Positions 63,681 through 64,000 of a stretch of DNA of 64,000 nt are shown piece by piece (the first letter of the stretch is position 1; each line of letters opens with the position of its first letter). The DNA is from Bacteroidales bacterium (lineage in GTDB: Bacteria; Bacteroidota; Bacteroidia; Bacteroidales; FEN-979), in contig DAONET010000002.1 of NCBI GenBank assembly GCA_035403225.1, positions 62,443-126,442 on the forward strand, given 5' to 3'. The notes under the pieces are model-generated. The model saw nothing but the letters and a program-made list of their open reading frames with translations, did no database searches and was not told the origin of the DNA. A program made the translations under genes and the position numbers.

Positions 63681-64000
63681 ATGAAAAAATTTAAATTTAC
63701 CATCCATGGAAACGATTACGAGGTCGATATCCTTGGATTTGAAGAAAATATTGCAAAAGTCGAGGTGAACGGAACACAGTATGATGTAGAAGTGCACCGC
63801 GATATGAAAGTAACCAAAACCCCTACCCTCGTAAGGGCTGAAGTTCCCAAGCCCCTGCCTAAAGAAAAACGGATCCAGAAAGTACCCAGCCATACCACGA
63901 ATGTGGCTATCAAAGCCCCGCTGCCCGGAACCATCGTACAGGTCCTGGTGAAGGTGGGCGATGCGGTCACCATCGGACAGAAGATCCTGACCATGGAGGC
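63681..64000 (+). CDS. mmdC: Biotin carboxyl carrier subunit (MmdC-like), 3' end off-window
   Basis: Translated by hand from ATG 63681: MKKFKFTIHGNDYEVDI...IKAPLPGTIVQVLVKVGDAVTIGQKILTMEA. It runs off the window just before the expected biotinyl-Lys (EAMKM). Confidence 0.8.
   Translation, partial: MKKFKFTIHGNDYEVDILGFEENIAKVEVNGTQYDVEVHRDMKVTKTPTLVRAEVPKPLPKEKRIQKVPSHTTNVAIKAPLPGTIVQVLVKVGDAVTIGQKILTME

Noticed and set aside
61293-64000. The methylmalonyl-CoA epimerase/decarboxylase operon as something unusual.
   Set aside because: This is the standard succinate-to-propionate Na+-pumping decarboxylase arrangement of anaerobic Bacteroidota, so it is ordinary core metabolism.

Overview
The window looks like a chromosomal segment from an anaerobic Bacteroidota genome. 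Supporting signs are SusC/SusD pairs, lipoprotein lipoboxes, TAnnTTTG -7 promoter boxes, a T9SS C-terminal sorting domain and a methylmalonyl-CoA decarboxylase operon. No rRNA, tRNA, CRISPR or transposase genes were recognised. All calls come from reading the translated ORFs and DNA by eye, with no database searches.

Layout:
- 1-17.8 kb: a starch/maltodextrin utilisation locus with malQ, four GH13 enzymes, two MFS carriers and susC/susD/susE-like genes.
- 17.9-33.3 kb: mixed metabolism. This includes a Pat-like ADP-forming ACS/GNAT protein, a porin, an acpS / AcsA-like ligase / carrier protein / Kbl-like operon next to a canonical kbl, an Fe-ADH, an EF-G paralog with a degenerate GTPase centre, and manC.
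- 33.3-33.5 kb: a cluster of five 13-bp palindromes.
- 33.6-42.0 kb: a histidine kinase, hemW, a methyltransferase, an Rrf2-regulated nrfHA nitrite-ammonification operon and a TrmH-family methyltransferase.
- 42.1-54.6 kb: the most interesting part, 21 tightly packed plus-strand genes rich in thiol-redox and cysteine-pair proteins.
- 54.6-61.1 kb: a TetR-controlled RND efflux operon.
- 61.3-64.0 kb: mce-mmdA-mmdD-mmdC.

The 42.1-54.6 kb island contains:
- an ArsR-led thioredoxin/DsbD-like relay;
- a module of ferredoxin, three DGC-domain proteins and a GcvH-like domain;
- an envelope module of thioredoxin, lipoprotein, outer-membrane barrel, Cys-tailed periplasmic protein and FtsX/ABC transporter;
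- an arsR-arsC-hgcA-hgcB-acr3 unit, in which the mercury-methylation gene pair hgcAB sits inside an arsenic-resistance operon.
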